Under the pieces are notes generated by a model, which was given only the letters and a program-made list of their open reading frames with translations, was not told where the DNA came from and did not search any database. A program made the position numbers and the translations under genes. This document shows positions 48,692 to 58,470 of a stretch of 64,000 bases of DNA, piece by piece. Origin of the DNA: Bacteriovoracia bacterium (GTDB lineage: Bacteria > Bdellovibrionota > UBA1018 > JBFWNL01); NCBI GenBank assembly GCA_050251055.1, contig JBFWNL010000002.1, forward strand, positions 384,001-448,000. The letters run 5' to 3'. Position 1 is the first letter of the stretch; the number at the start of each line of letters is the position of its first letter.

Positions 48692-48779
48692 TTCAGTCCG
48701 TTATCTCACTATTGCCAAGCGTGATCGATTGGGCATAATTCTATCCCTCAACCCAATCATTCATTTCCAAGGAGCGCGC

Positions 48780-49307
48780 ATGGCGAAGAAAAAGAAGAAA
48801 CCCGCGAAGAAGAAGAGCAAACCGGCGAAGAAAGCGACCGGGAAAAAAGGAGCGAAGAAGAAGGCCCCGGCCAAAAAGAGCGCGAAAAAAAGCGCTAAGA
48901 AAGCCGCCAAAAAGAGCGCCGCGAAAAAATCCAAGAAACCCGCTAAGAAGGCCGCAAAAAAAACCGCGAAGAAAACCACGGCCACCCACGTCGCTCGCGC
49001 CGCATCCGCCGCGCGACCAGCCATGGGATCAATGACGGAAAACACGACTCACGCTGGAGCCTCGATCTCGCATCCGGCCGATATGTCGACCGGCCGCATT
49101 TACCAGGATCACGGTGACGAGCACGAAAACGATCCTGAACAGGAAATGTACGGCCAGGGCCATGACGACGAGGACGAAGACGGCGAACCTTCGCACATCA
49201 TGAAGCCCGTTTCGAGCGAAGAGGACGAGGAAGACGAGAACGAAGAGCTCTCGGAGAAGACCTTCCAGAAGTTCCGCCACGAAGAGGAAGAAGAAGAAAA
49301 CGAGTAG
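48780..49307 (+). CDS. Histone H1-like Lys/Ala-rich protein with acidic C-terminal half
   Basis: AGGAG RBS; AKK/PAKK repeats followed by an Asp/Glu-rich tail. Confidence 0.75.
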   Translation: MAKKKKKPAKKKSKPAKKATGKKGAKKKAPAKKSAKKSAKKAAKKSAAKKSKKPAKKAAKKTAKKTTATHVARAASAARPAMGSMTENTTHAGASISHPADMSTGRIYQDHGDEHENDPEQEMYGQGHDDEDEDGEPSHIMKPVSSEEDEEDENEELSEKTFQKFRHEEEEEENE

Positions 49308-49330
49308 TTTTTTCGGCGGAGACGCTGGCC

Positions 49331-50638
49331 TTGGAAATTCGAGACATCATCCACGGGGCTGTAGTGGTCGAGCCCCATGAGCTTGGCACCTTAGATTCGA
49401 AATACTTCCAGCGTCTCCGCCACATCAAACAGATGGGGTTTTCGGAGTTCTCCTACCCCAGCGCCACCCACAGCCGCTACGTCCACTCCCTGGGGGCCAT
49501 GTTCACGGCCTCCAAGGTATTCGATTCCATCTTTCATCCCTACCCTACTCCCGGATTCACGCGCTTCCGCGCGATCGCGCGCCTGGCCGCGCTCCTACAT
49601 GACGTCGGGCACGGCCCGCTTTCGCACACGACCGAGATGGCCATGCCCCCGGTTTCCGCGCTGCAAGTGCCCGGACGCAAAAGCGGCAAGGCCGATCGCC
49701 AGGCGACCCACGAAGACTACACGCTGAAGATCATCTTGGACTCGGGGCTGACGCCGATTCTCAACGCAGCCGGAAAGTCCTTCGGATTCGACGCCCGCCA
49801 CATCGCCGCCCTCATCGATCCAACACTGGAAATCAAAGACGCCTTCTTCCTGGAAAAGAAGGTCGACTACCGGCCCGTACTCCAGCAGATCATCTCCAGC
49901 GAGCTCGACGCCGACCGCATGGACTACCTCCGGCGCGACAGTTTGCATGCCGGCGTAAGCTACGGCGAGTTCGATTTCGATTGGATCGTGGCGAATCTCA
50001 CTCATTACACGTCCAATGGACGTTGCTACCTGGCGCTCCAGCATCGGGCGCTCTACGCCTTCGAGGACTTCTTGATCTCGCGGTACCACATGTTCCTGAT
50101 GGTGTATTACCACCACAAAAGCGTGATCTTCGATGAGATGCTGCGCCAGTATTTCGAAAGCCGAGATTGCGATTACCGGCTCCCTTCCGACATCGAAACT
50201 TACTGCGACTATAATGACGCCCATCTGACCGCCCACCTGGGGGGAAGCCGAAACCCATGGGCGCGGCGAATCAGCGACAACCAGCCCTACCGGTTACTAC
50301 TGGAGCTGCATAGCGGAATTCCCGCGACGGAAGTGGCCACGCGCGAACAGCAGAAGCTACTTGAGAAAACGCGGCGCGAGCTCAAGGAAAAAGAGATCCA
50401 TTTCATTTCGCCGACGTCCACGGGCGAGCTTTCGAAGTATTTCCGCAAGCCGGGCGATCCCATCTACGTGCGGTACGACAACCTCTACAGCGCGCCGAGC
50501 TTCATCCCGCTCGCCAAGTGCACGGATCTGTTCCAGCGCTATCAAGAAAAACGATCCATCACTCGCGTTTACGTGTCGCCGGAGGACCTCAAGCGTTGCC
50601 GTCGCGACGGGCGCACGCCGCCGCTCTTTGTGGATTAA
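49331..50638 (+). CDS. HD-domain phosphohydrolase (SAMHD1/YwfO-like dNTPase)
   Basis: RDIIHG, FQRLRHIKQMG, HSRYVHSLG, LLHDVGHGPLSH, LDADRMDYLRRD, VYYH. Confidence 0.9.
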   Translation: MEIRDIIHGAVVVEPHELGTLDSKYFQRLRHIKQMGFSEFSYPSATHSRYVHSLGAMFTASKVFDSIFHPYPTPGFTRFRAIARLAALLHDVGHGPLSHTTEMAMPPVSALQVPGRKSGKADRQATHEDYTLKIILDSGLTPILNAAGKSFGFDARHIAALIDPTLEIKDAFFLEKKVDYRPVLQQIISSELDADRMDYLRRDSLHAGVSYGEFDFDWIVANLTHYTSNGRCYLALQHRALYAFEDFLISRYHMFLMVYYHHKSVIFDEMLRQYFESRDCDYRLPSDIETYCDYNDAHLTAHLGGSRNPWARRISDNQPYRLLLELHSGIPATEVATREQQKLLEKTRRELKEKEIHFISPTSTGELSKYFRKPGDPIYVRYDNLYSAPSFIPLAKCTDLFQRYQEKRSITRVYVSPEDLKRCRRDGRTPPLFVD

Positions 50639-51348
50639 GGTGGGCGACGAGCGGGGAGCTCAAAAACCTCGTCCGTCAACGCCGAGGCGGGAATCACCTG
50701 CATCTCCAGGTCCCGGTTCCCCACCCGGTAGTGGAAATAAAACGGCTGATTGACCCGATCGGGGTGGAGATTCAGATCGACGCCTTGCGCGCGTAACATC
50801 CCCCGAATGATCCCTTGATCGGCCGTGACGAATCGAGGCACTGCGCCGGGCTGGCGCTCCGCAAACAAGATATCGCAGATAATCTCCCGATCGGCGTCGC
50901 CGCTGGCCCCGCCGACGGCATGCCGCTCGAGCATCGTACGCACCTCTAGGTACGCGGGCTGGGACCGTACCGCGGGATTGAGCTTCAGGCCACGCACTCG
51001 CACGGGAATATCTTGGCCCACCCCAATTTCCGAAAGCTCCTCGGCCGCCGTACGATCCGTGACGCGTAGATCGCTTCGGTGAATATCCGACAACCCATTT
51101 AACGCTTTGGCCGTAGTCTGCTGCCCCTCGTGAATGGGGCGCCCATATTGATCACGGAGTACGGCGGTGATCACGTTCGAATCGACGATAAGATTGCGTT
51201 GGCCGAGGGGAGGATGGTCCAAGTGGTAGAGCTGGGATGGGGGCTGCATGCTCAGCTGAAGCATCCTTTCACGTACGCACTCGGGAATGCCGCCCGCGTG
51301 CGCCGCCAAACTCACAAACCCAGGTAATAAAAAAATCCAAGTCAGCAT
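50635..51348 (-). CDS. Secreted PIN-like domain protein
   Basis: Signal peptide AHA-G; LIVDSNV, AAEEL, DADREI and VTADQ acidic quartet. Confidence 0.6.
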   Translation of the reverse strand: MLTWIFLLPGFVSLAAHAGGIPECVRERMLQLSMQPPSQLYHLDHPPLGQRNLIVDSNVITAVLRDQYGRPIHEGQQTTAKALNGLSDIHRSDLRVTDRTAAEELSEIGVGQDIPVRVRGLKLNPAVRSQPAYLEVRTMLERHAVGGASGDADREIICDILFAERQPGAVPRFVTADQGIIRGMLRAQGVDLNLHPDRVNQPFYFHYRVGNRDLEMQVIPASALTDEVFELPARRPP

Positions 51349-51406
51349 AGTTTCCTACGCTTAACTCTTCGGAAGAAAAAAGGACTTCTCAATAAACGTC
51401 AATATC

Positions 51407-52348
51407 CTAACGCGGAAGCACGCGGGGATGAAACCGAAGCCACCCCTGCCTTCCCCATAGAAGCGGAACTAAGGTGCTGAGGGTCGTCAACGGATTTTCG
51501 AGATGAAGGTTATGCCCGACGCCCTGCAATTGAAACACGCGAGATTTCTTGGGTCCCAAGCCCTTGGCCCAGTATTCGGCCCAATGAAATGGATTGAGCG
51601 TATCCCGATCACCCCAAACAATGGTCGCGCGGGGGCGGAATCCTTTCAGCTTCTTCTCGACGAAGTGATCTTCCCGGATGGACGCGACGAAGCGGCGGAT
51701 TTCCTTGCGCGCGAAAAAATCCTGCAGGGCGTTCGGGAACAGGCGAAACACCAGCGGCTCACGCACAAAAACGTGTTTCTTGAACTGCTCGGCATCCCCC
51801 TTGAGGGCTCGATCGAACTTCGCCTTCCACAAAAGCTTCTCTTGGCGACTCCCCCCCACGCCCGACGGCGCCAACAACACGACCTCGCTAGGGAGGTGCT
51901 TGGCCCGCGGCCGGACAGAGTAGGCCGAAGCAATCCAGCCTCCGAGCGAATGGCCACAGATCACGCGTGGCCGCAGACGCTCGAGGCAATCGAACGCGGT
52001 GGCAAGTAGATCATCCATCGAATCGAACGGCTTTTCGTCGAAGAGCGCGCCCTCGAAACCGGGCATTTCGAGAAAAACCACCTCGTCGTAAGTCCCATGC
52101 AAGGAGGGCAGCGCGGGCGCCAGCGTGAGCATCCAGGTCAACGCCGAGTCCCCTAAGCCGGGAATCAGCACCAAACGCCGGGGTGAGCGAGGCAGCGCCG
52201 AACCCCTCCGGCGCCACCGCCACATCCCGATTTGATGAACGTTCCGCCGATGAATTTCGAAACGAAATCCGATGGCGGAAAGCACGGATTTGGCGCCGCC
52301 GTAGGCAGCACGACGAGCGGCAATACTGAGCTTTCCGGAAGCCGGCAT
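51407..52348 (-). CDS. Alpha/beta hydrolase
   Basis: IPGLGD oxyanion loop, GHSLGG, WGDRD, GVGHNLH. Confidence 0.88.
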   Translation of the reverse strand: MPASGKLSIAARRAAYGGAKSVLSAIGFRFEIHRRNVHQIGMWRWRRRGSALPRSPRRLVLIPGLGDSALTWMLTLAPALPSLHGTYDEVVFLEMPGFEGALFDEKPFDSMDDLLATAFDCLERLRPRVICGHSLGGWIASAYSVRPRAKHLPSEVVLLAPSGVGGSRQEKLLWKAKFDRALKGDAEQFKKHVFVREPLVFRLFPNALQDFFARKEIRRFVASIREDHFVEKKLKGFRPRATIVWGDRDTLNPFHWAEYWAKGLGPKKSRVFQLQGVGHNLHLENPLTTLSTLVPLLWGRQGWLRFHPRVLPR

Positions 52349-52427
52349 GGGGCGAGCCTATGCAAGCAGCCGTACAAAGTCAAAAGACCAGAGCTTGTCA
52401 GGTTGTGTCATGCTCGACACCGGGGGA

Positions 52428-52456
52428 TTGACTCGCCGCATCTATAGAGCTAAAAT
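52428..52456 (+). promoter_or_regulatory. Sigma70-type promoter candidate
   Basis: TTGACT-N17-TAAAAT upstream of 52512. Confidence 0.55.
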
Positions 52457-52511
52457 AAGTTAAGCAGATCCATTGCGCCTTGGCGCTAGCGGTACGTAAG
52501 CAGGAGAAGAG

Positions 52512-54209
52512 ATGCTGATTGAACGTAGATTAACCCAATTCACCCGTTTTATTTTCTTGGCCGCGGCCCTGCCGTCGCTGTTTGCCTGCCAGTTCTCGCT
52601 ATTCAACGGACAAAAGCAAGACGAGGGCGATAGCGACGCCGTCGAACTCGCGATCACCTCCCCGGCCGCCAATAGCTATATCAACTCTGCTAACAACTCC
52701 TCCACCTTCGCGGTCTCGGGAACGTGCACCATGAAGGGCGTGGAAGTCAAAGTTCAAGTCGATGGCGCGGACGCGGCTTCCCAGGTCGGTGGCACCTGCG
52801 ACGGCGAAGAATTTTCCGCCACTATCAGCACCACGGGCCTCAGCGCCGGCGCGCATACGCTTTCGGCCGTGCTCAGCCAGAACGGCAGCGATAACACTTC
52901 GGACGACGTGGCCGTGACCAAGGACATCGTCGCACCCACCGTTGCCATCACCACTCCGGCCGCGGCCGCCTACATCAATGCCGCCGCCAATACCACCACT
53001 TACACCGTTTCCGGCACTTGCAGTGAAAATGGAAAGACCGTCGCGATCCTCGTCGACGGGGTTTCGGCCACCGGCCAAGTCGGTGGTGCGTGCAACGGCA
53101 CCAACTTCAGCTCCACCATCAACGTCACCGGCTTGGCCCAAAATGGCCACACGTTGTCAGCGACCCTGGCGGACAACGCCGGTAACGCGGGCACCGCCGC
53201 GAACGTCGCCGTGACCAAGGACAGCGTCGCGCCAACGGTGGCGGTCACGAGTCCCGCCGGCGGCGCCAGCATCGACTTCGCTCAAAACTCGACGACTTAT
53301 GCGGTTTCCGGTACTTGTAATGAAAACGGCCGCACCGTCACGGTTAAGATCGACGGGGCCGCCGTCACCACTACGGGCGGCGTCTGCAACGGTACGAATT
53401 TCTCCGCCACCGTCGACACTACCGCCCTTTCGCAAGCAAGCCATACTTTCAGCGCCAGCCTTAGTGACTTGGCGGGAAATTCGACCAGTGCCGCCAACAT
53501 TTCGGTGACCAAGGCGCTTACGAACGCCGGTGCTCCGGCGTTCGCGTCCTGGATGGGCATACTGCGCTCTGATAATAACTACGTATGCATGGCCGTACTC
53601 ATCGCCGAATCGTACGCGATCACGACTGGTCAGTGCGCGGATGACGCCACTAACAGCGGCGGCAGCCTGGATATTCTATTCGGGAGCGAAGACGAGTTCT
53701 CCCCGAACGCGGTCGCGACTGGTGTCCAATCGATCACCTACCACCCGAACTATAACTCTGTCACCCTGGACCACGACCTCGCGATCCTTGTGTTGAAAAT
53801 CGCGGTTACGCCAACAGGGTTTGTCGAAAAAATTGTCATTCCCACCAACGAATGGTCATTCCCGGCTCTCACCATGGCCTACCAATTCGGTTACATGTCG
53901 CCGGGCTACGTACCAAACACCGCCTGGCTAGCGGTAGAAGGCCTCGTGATGGGCGCGGAAGAAACGGTAGCCGCCCACCAAGGATATGCCACGATTACCT
54001 CGAACATGCTGGGAGCCCAGTCGCAAGGCGGAGCCGGTAAGTGCGTGATCGATCGCGGCAGCTCGCTCGTCGCCTTGGATAGCGGTGGTGGTCCCGTCCT
54101 GGCGGGCATCATGAGCTTCGCCGGCCCGGACTGTGAGACTTACCCGAACATTTACACCCGCGTGAGCCTCTATCGCGACTGGATCGAGAACGAAATCGGC
54201 GGTTTCTAA
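52512..54209 (+). CDS. Lipoprotein with three Ig-like repeats and a degenerate trypsin-like domain
   Basis: Lipobox LFA-C; three repeats of ITSPA...VSGTC...GG.C.G..FS.T; HPNYN...DHDLAIL; IYTRVSLYRDWI. Confidence 0.85.
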   Translation: MLIERRLTQFTRFIFLAAALPSLFACQFSLFNGQKQDEGDSDAVELAITSPAANSYINSANNSSTFAVSGTCTMKGVEVKVQVDGADAASQVGGTCDGEEFSATISTTGLSAGAHTLSAVLSQNGSDNTSDDVAVTKDIVAPTVAITTPAAAAYINAAANTTTYTVSGTCSENGKTVAILVDGVSATGQVGGACNGTNFSSTINVTGLAQNGHTLSATLADNAGNAGTAANVAVTKDSVAPTVAVTSPAGGASIDFAQNSTTYAVSGTCNENGRTVTVKIDGAAVTTTGGVCNGTNFSATVDTTALSQASHTFSASLSDLAGNSTSAANISVTKALTNAGAPAFASWMGILRSDNNYVCMAVLIAESYAITTGQCADDATNSGGSLDILFGSEDEFSPNAVATGVQSITYHPNYNSVTLDHDLAILVLKIAVTPTGFVEKIVIPTNEWSFPALTMAYQFGYMSPGYVPNTAWLAVEGLVMGAEETVAAHQGYATITSNMLGAQSQGGAGKCVIDRGSSLVALDSGGGPVLAGIMSFAGPDCETYPNIYTRVSLYRDWIENEIGGF

Positions 54210-54916
54210 ATCGAAAAGACTTCGCCGATCGCGAGATCACGTGGGAGTTGCCCACGCCGGAACAACCTAGCGCCTCCCATCCCTTTCAGCCCAAGACCCC
54301 TATCACCGACTTCGAGGATGGTCCCCTCCCACAGGCCCAAAACCGGAGTTTCATTCATCTCGTGGAACTCACGGAGGCGGTCGTCACGCGTCTCGCCCGC
54401 GTAGGCCGTGAAACCCTCGCCTTCCCGAAAGTGAATCACCCCGGGAAAGTAGTGGGGATTGATTTGAAACGAAACCAATCCAAGCGCGTCGAAGCTAGGC
54501 GGCATCACGATCGGCATGTCATTGGTGGTCTTGATCGTGGGGGTGGAAACGTTCGTGCCGGCGCTGACCCCGATGTAAGGTAAGCCCGCCGCCACCCGGC
54601 GGCGAATCGGCTCTAGCAGGTCGTGCCGATACAAATCGTGGAGTAGCCGGAACGTGTTCCCGCCTCCGATATAAATGGCCTGGGCATTCTCGATGGCCGC
54701 GCGAGGATCGGGCTTCGTGTGGATGCCGACCAGGCGGCGCCCGCCGTGAAATCCGCGCTCGATGAGCTTCGCGACGTATCCGTCGTGGTCCGCCAACGCG
54801 TAGGGTACGAACAAGACCTCTTCCACCGGCCCCAGAAACGCGTCCAAAGCGCGCCGCCAATGCTCCATGCGTTCGGGAGTACTGAAACCGCCGCTGCCTA
54901 AAAGAAGTCGTTTCAT
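54206..54916 (-). CDS. pepE: Dipeptidase E (peptidase S51)
   Basis: GGGNTFRLL, GVSAGTN, TTNDMPIV, INPHY, GETR. Confidence 0.94.
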   Translation of the reverse strand: MKRLLLGSGGFSTPERMEHWRRALDAFLGPVEEVLFVPYALADHDGYVAKLIERGFHGGRRLVGIHTKPDPRAAIENAQAIYIGGGNTFRLLHDLYRHDLLEPIRRRVAAGLPYIGVSAGTNVSTPTIKTTNDMPIVMPPSFDALGLVSFQINPHYFPGVIHFREGEGFTAYAGETRDDRLREFHEMNETPVLGLWEGTILEVGDRGLGLKGMGGARLFRRGQLPRDLAIGEVFSI

Positions 54917-54927
54917 CGAAATCACCC

Positions 54928-57006
54928 TTATCGAATCTGGCGCAAAAGCTCCGCGCCGTATTTTTTGACGAGCTTCGGGCCCATTCCGGGAATCTGTAAA
55001 AGCGCATCTTCGTCGGTCGGCATGCCTTCGCAGATCGCGTAGATCACCCGATCGGTGAGGATGCGAAACGCGGGCACACCCTGGGCCCGGGCTTTTTCCA
55101 ATCTCCAGGCGCGTAGAGCCTCGAACTGCTTCGGCAGCACGGAAGGCCGCTCGGACGCGGAATCCATGGCGGCCGTATCCGACCGGGGGACGGCTGCGTG
55201 GCGGGACTTACGCGAGCGCCCGGCCTTGGCGAACTTGGCCTTGGCCAGTTTCGCCGCGGGCGCCGCCATCATGGAAGGGCCATCGATCGTGATCTCCCCC
55301 AGCCGGTCACCGGAAATTCGTCGACCCTCGCCCGTCAGAAAAACTTTGCGGAAGGGTATGGTCTTTCCATTCTTTTCAAACTCCGCCGACTCGATAGACA
55401 CTAGGCGTGACTGCGCCAGCGCGGCCACCACGCGCTCGAAACCCGAACGATTCAAACGCCGATCCACCTTCGATGCTTCGTCGAACAAGCGCCCCATCGC
55501 CTGGCCGTCATAGCCGCCCAGGGAACCGAGCACGAGCGCCGCGATCGAGCGCTCCAGCTCATCGAACGGACGCGCATTCGAAACGGGCGCGCACCGATCG
55601 CAAATTCCACACACGCGTTCACCGTCGGCCTCGTCGCCAAAATACCGGATGAGCTTGAGCATCCGGCAGTCCGGCGCTTCGGTATACGCCTGCATGTCGT
55701 CGAGCTGCTTGAGCTTGTGATCGCGCTGGGCTTCGTAGGGGAGGCGCCACAAATCGGGCTCCGTCGGTTTCCCCAAACCTACGTTTTCCTCGGGATCGAT
55801 GGCAAGCCCGCCATGGATCCAAAGCTTCTCGATCGCCTTTTCGAAAACCTCGGCCTCCACGCGGTGGCAGCGTTCGGCAAGCTCCGCCTTCGGGAGGGTT
55901 CCCTCGCGCGGGACGTAACGGACGATATCGGCCAATATCGCGGGCTCCGGATGATCGCGATCGAGAAAAAACTCGTGGGTCTTGCGATCGGAAAACGCAT
56001 GCAAAAGCACCGCGCGCGAAGGATCGCCGTCACGACCGGCGCGACCGATCTCTTGGTAATAACTCTCGACGCTGCCGGGAAGCGCGGCATGCACGACCGT
56101 GCGCACATTCGCCTTATCGATGCCCATGCCAAACGCCACCGTCGCCACGATCACCTCGGTACGTCCCGCGAGGAACGCGGACTGCGCCTTTTCGCGCGCT
56201 TCGGGCTTCATGCCGGCATGGTACGGTGAGCACCTCCAGCGGCCTTTCAAATCCTTGGCAAGCTCCTCGGCCTTCTTCCGCGTCGGCGCGTAGACAATCG
56301 CCGGCAGGCTGTTCGGCTCCGAAAGCAACTCCGTGATCGTATCCGCGCGGCGCGAAGGCAACGACTCAATTAGGCGGATCGCGAGATTCTCGCGACGAAA
56401 GCCGTGAATGAAGCGCTTCGGTTCGCGCAGCCTCAACTGGGCGCAAATATCTTCCTGCACGCGCGCGGTGGCCGTCGCCGTCAGCGCGACCGTCGGGACG
56501 CCGGGCAGTCCTTGCAGCCGCTCCCCGACCAGGCGGTAATCGGGCCGAAAATCATGGCCCCATTGGCTGATGCAGTGGGCTTCATCGACCGCGATCAACG
56601 ACGGCGGATGCTGGCGCAGCATCTCTGCGAAACCGGGCACGGCCAGCCGCTCCGGAGCGATGAACAGAAATTCGAGTTCATTTCGGAGATAGGCCCGAAA
56701 TGTTTCGCGTGACTCTTCGCGTTGGCGCGCCGAGTGAATCCGACCGGCCTTTATGCCCATCGACTGTAAGCGCAAGACCTGATCTTCAATTAAGGCGACG
56801 AGCGGACTGATCACCAGAGTGGTGCCGCCCCGAGCCAAACCCGGCACCTGATAGCAAAGGCTCTTTCCCGCACCCGTGGGCATGACCACCAATGCATCGC
56901 ATCCCTCCGCGACGGCCTGGCAAATCGCCTCTTGCCGAGGGCGAAACTGCTCAAAACCAAAGCGCGATCGCAGGATGTCCCAAATCATTGACCTCAGAAC
57001 TACCAT
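54928..57006 (-). CDS. recQ: ATP-dependent DNA helicase RecQ with HRDC domain
   Basis: MPTGAGKS, DEAHCISQWGHDFRPDY, QEIGRAGRDG, Zn site CGICDRC, HRDC. Confidence 0.93.
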   Translation of the reverse strand: MVVLRSMIWDILRSRFGFEQFRPRQEAICQAVAEGCDALVVMPTGAGKSLCYQVPGLARGGTTLVISPLVALIEDQVLRLQSMGIKAGRIHSARQREESRETFRAYLRNELEFLFIAPERLAVPGFAEMLRQHPPSLIAVDEAHCISQWGHDFRPDYRLVGERLQGLPGVPTVALTATATARVQEDICAQLRLREPKRFIHGFRRENLAIRLIESLPSRRADTITELLSEPNSLPAIVYAPTRKKAEELAKDLKGRWRCSPYHAGMKPEAREKAQSAFLAGRTEVIVATVAFGMGIDKANVRTVVHAALPGSVESYYQEIGRAGRDGDPSRAVLLHAFSDRKTHEFFLDRDHPEPAILADIVRYVPREGTLPKAELAERCHRVEAEVFEKAIEKLWIHGGLAIDPEENVGLGKPTEPDLWRLPYEAQRDHKLKQLDDMQAYTEAPDCRMLKLIRYFGDEADGERVCGICDRCAPVSNARPFDELERSIAALVLGSLGGYDGQAMGRLFDEASKVDRRLNRSGFERVVAALAQSRLVSIESAEFEKNGKTIPFRKVFLTGEGRRISGDRLGEITIDGPSMMAAPAAKLAKAKFAKAGRSRKSRHAAVPRSDTAAMDSASERPSVLPKQFEALRAWRLEKARAQGVPAFRILTDRVIYAICEGMPTDEDALLQIPGMGPKLVKKYGAELLRQIR

Positions 57007-57055
57007 TTCCTAAATGCATTCGCCATACCCGTCGTAGCTCGGCTAAAATACGGAT

Positions 57056-58243
57056 ATGCGCGCTTTCGTAGCTGCCATCTGCCTCGGCACCGCGGCGTTT
57101 GTAGGGAGTGGCTCCACGTATGCCGAAGTTCCACCGGCGGTCATGAAGGACTGCTTGGAAGGTAAGTTGCCGAGCTGCCTTGGCATCCTGAAAAAACGCT
57201 GGGTCGAGCTCCAGCAATGGCAATTCGAGCAGGTGGCCAGTAAAGCTTGCGACCTAGGGCACACGAGCTCATGCGGCGAGCTGTTAAAAAACATGGAAGT
57301 TCGTTACCGACGCTTCTGGAAAGCGAAGCAGGGAAACCCCGTCGAACGACCAGCGATCGACTTGGTAAAGTACCTGCGCGTGCTCAATCAATTCCAAGGC
57401 TACTCCGAAATTCCTTCCGAAGCCCATCCGCCGGAATCGGTGCGTGACCTGGTGGACCGCGCCTACGCCCAACTCGACCCGGCCGTCCATCTCTTGCTCG
57501 GCGACGCGCTCGTGGGAATTTACTTGATGGAGAACCTGGGCAGCTCGGCCATCGCGGTGGACGTGTGGGATGACCGCCAGAAAGTAGTGGGCGGCGTGAT
57601 CGCGTTGGACATCGGCTGGCTAAACCGCGCGGCGAACGAGTGGGCGACCACGAAAGAAAACACAGCTTTCCAAAAGGAAAAAAGCTACCAACTGAAAGTG
57701 AAGCTGGCCGAAGCCGGAAAGAACACGCGCGAGGCGGCCCTTCAGTATATCTTGTTGCATGAGATCGGCCATATCATCGAACAAACGCGGCGCTTAAATC
57801 CGCCCGGCGACCGTGCGCCCCGCTGGGTGAAAACGCATCGGTATCCTTACTTCAAGCTCAGTTGGATGGGCGGGCACGAAAAATACGTGAGCCGTTTCGA
57901 CCGAAACTTTCCGGAACGCGCGCGTCTGAGCTTCTACTCGCCCAAAGCGAACCCACCCGCGGCCAAACCCACGCTCGCCGAGGCAACGGCAATCTACCGC
58001 AAGCTCGAGCAGACGAGCTTCCCCACGCTCTACGCCGCTACCCATCCCCAGGATGATTTCGCGGAGGCGTTTGCCAACTACGTGCACGTCGTGTTGATGA
58101 AGCGACCTTACCAAGTCACGCTGACCAAGGACGGTAAAATCACGCGCGAGCTCAAGGACTGCTGGAATGCACGCCGATGCCGGGAGAAGCGGAAGTTCCT
58201 CGAAAAACTGTTCCAGGTCTTACAAGCACCCACCAAAAAATAA
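57056..58243 (+). CDS. Secreted zinc metallopeptidase-like protein
   Basis: Signal peptide; HEIGH; TLYAA...DDFAE third-ligand motif. Confidence 0.7.
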   Translation: MRAFVAAICLGTAAFVGSGSTYAEVPPAVMKDCLEGKLPSCLGILKKRWVELQQWQFEQVASKACDLGHTSSCGELLKNMEVRYRRFWKAKQGNPVERPAIDLVKYLRVLNQFQGYSEIPSEAHPPESVRDLVDRAYAQLDPAVHLLLGDALVGIYLMENLGSSAIAVDVWDDRQKVVGGVIALDIGWLNRAANEWATTKENTAFQKEKSYQLKVKLAEAGKNTREAALQYILLHEIGHIIEQTRRLNPPGDRAPRWVKTHRYPYFKLSWMGGHEKYVSRFDRNFPERARLSFYSPKANPPAAKPTLAEATAIYRKLEQTSFPTLYAATHPQDDFAEAFANYVHVVLMKRPYQVTLTKDGKITRELKDCWNARRCREKRKFLEKLFQVLQAPTKK

Positions 58244-58247
58244 TGGG

Positions 58248-58264
58248 GAAAACGGCGGGAAAAC
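58248..58264 (+). promoter_or_regulatory. Direct-repeat operator candidate GAAAAC-GGCGG-GAAAAC
   Basis: Intergenic, upstream of the propeller gene; one of four 11-bp-period copies in the locus. Confidence 0.5.
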
Positions 58265-58470
58265 GCTTCTATTTACGCATTGCTTCCAGTTCTGGAGTTT
58301 TTCTCGCACCTAGATGAGTATGGACTCATTGAGAGTGCAGCGCTCCCACGAATGGGGCGGAGCGCTCCGAGTGGTCACGGGCATCCCCGTCAGCTCCTTA
58401 GACTCAGTACCCAAATACGGACCCGTGGCCACTCGCCATTTCTTTCCCGAGAAATGGCGCAAAAGATGGG

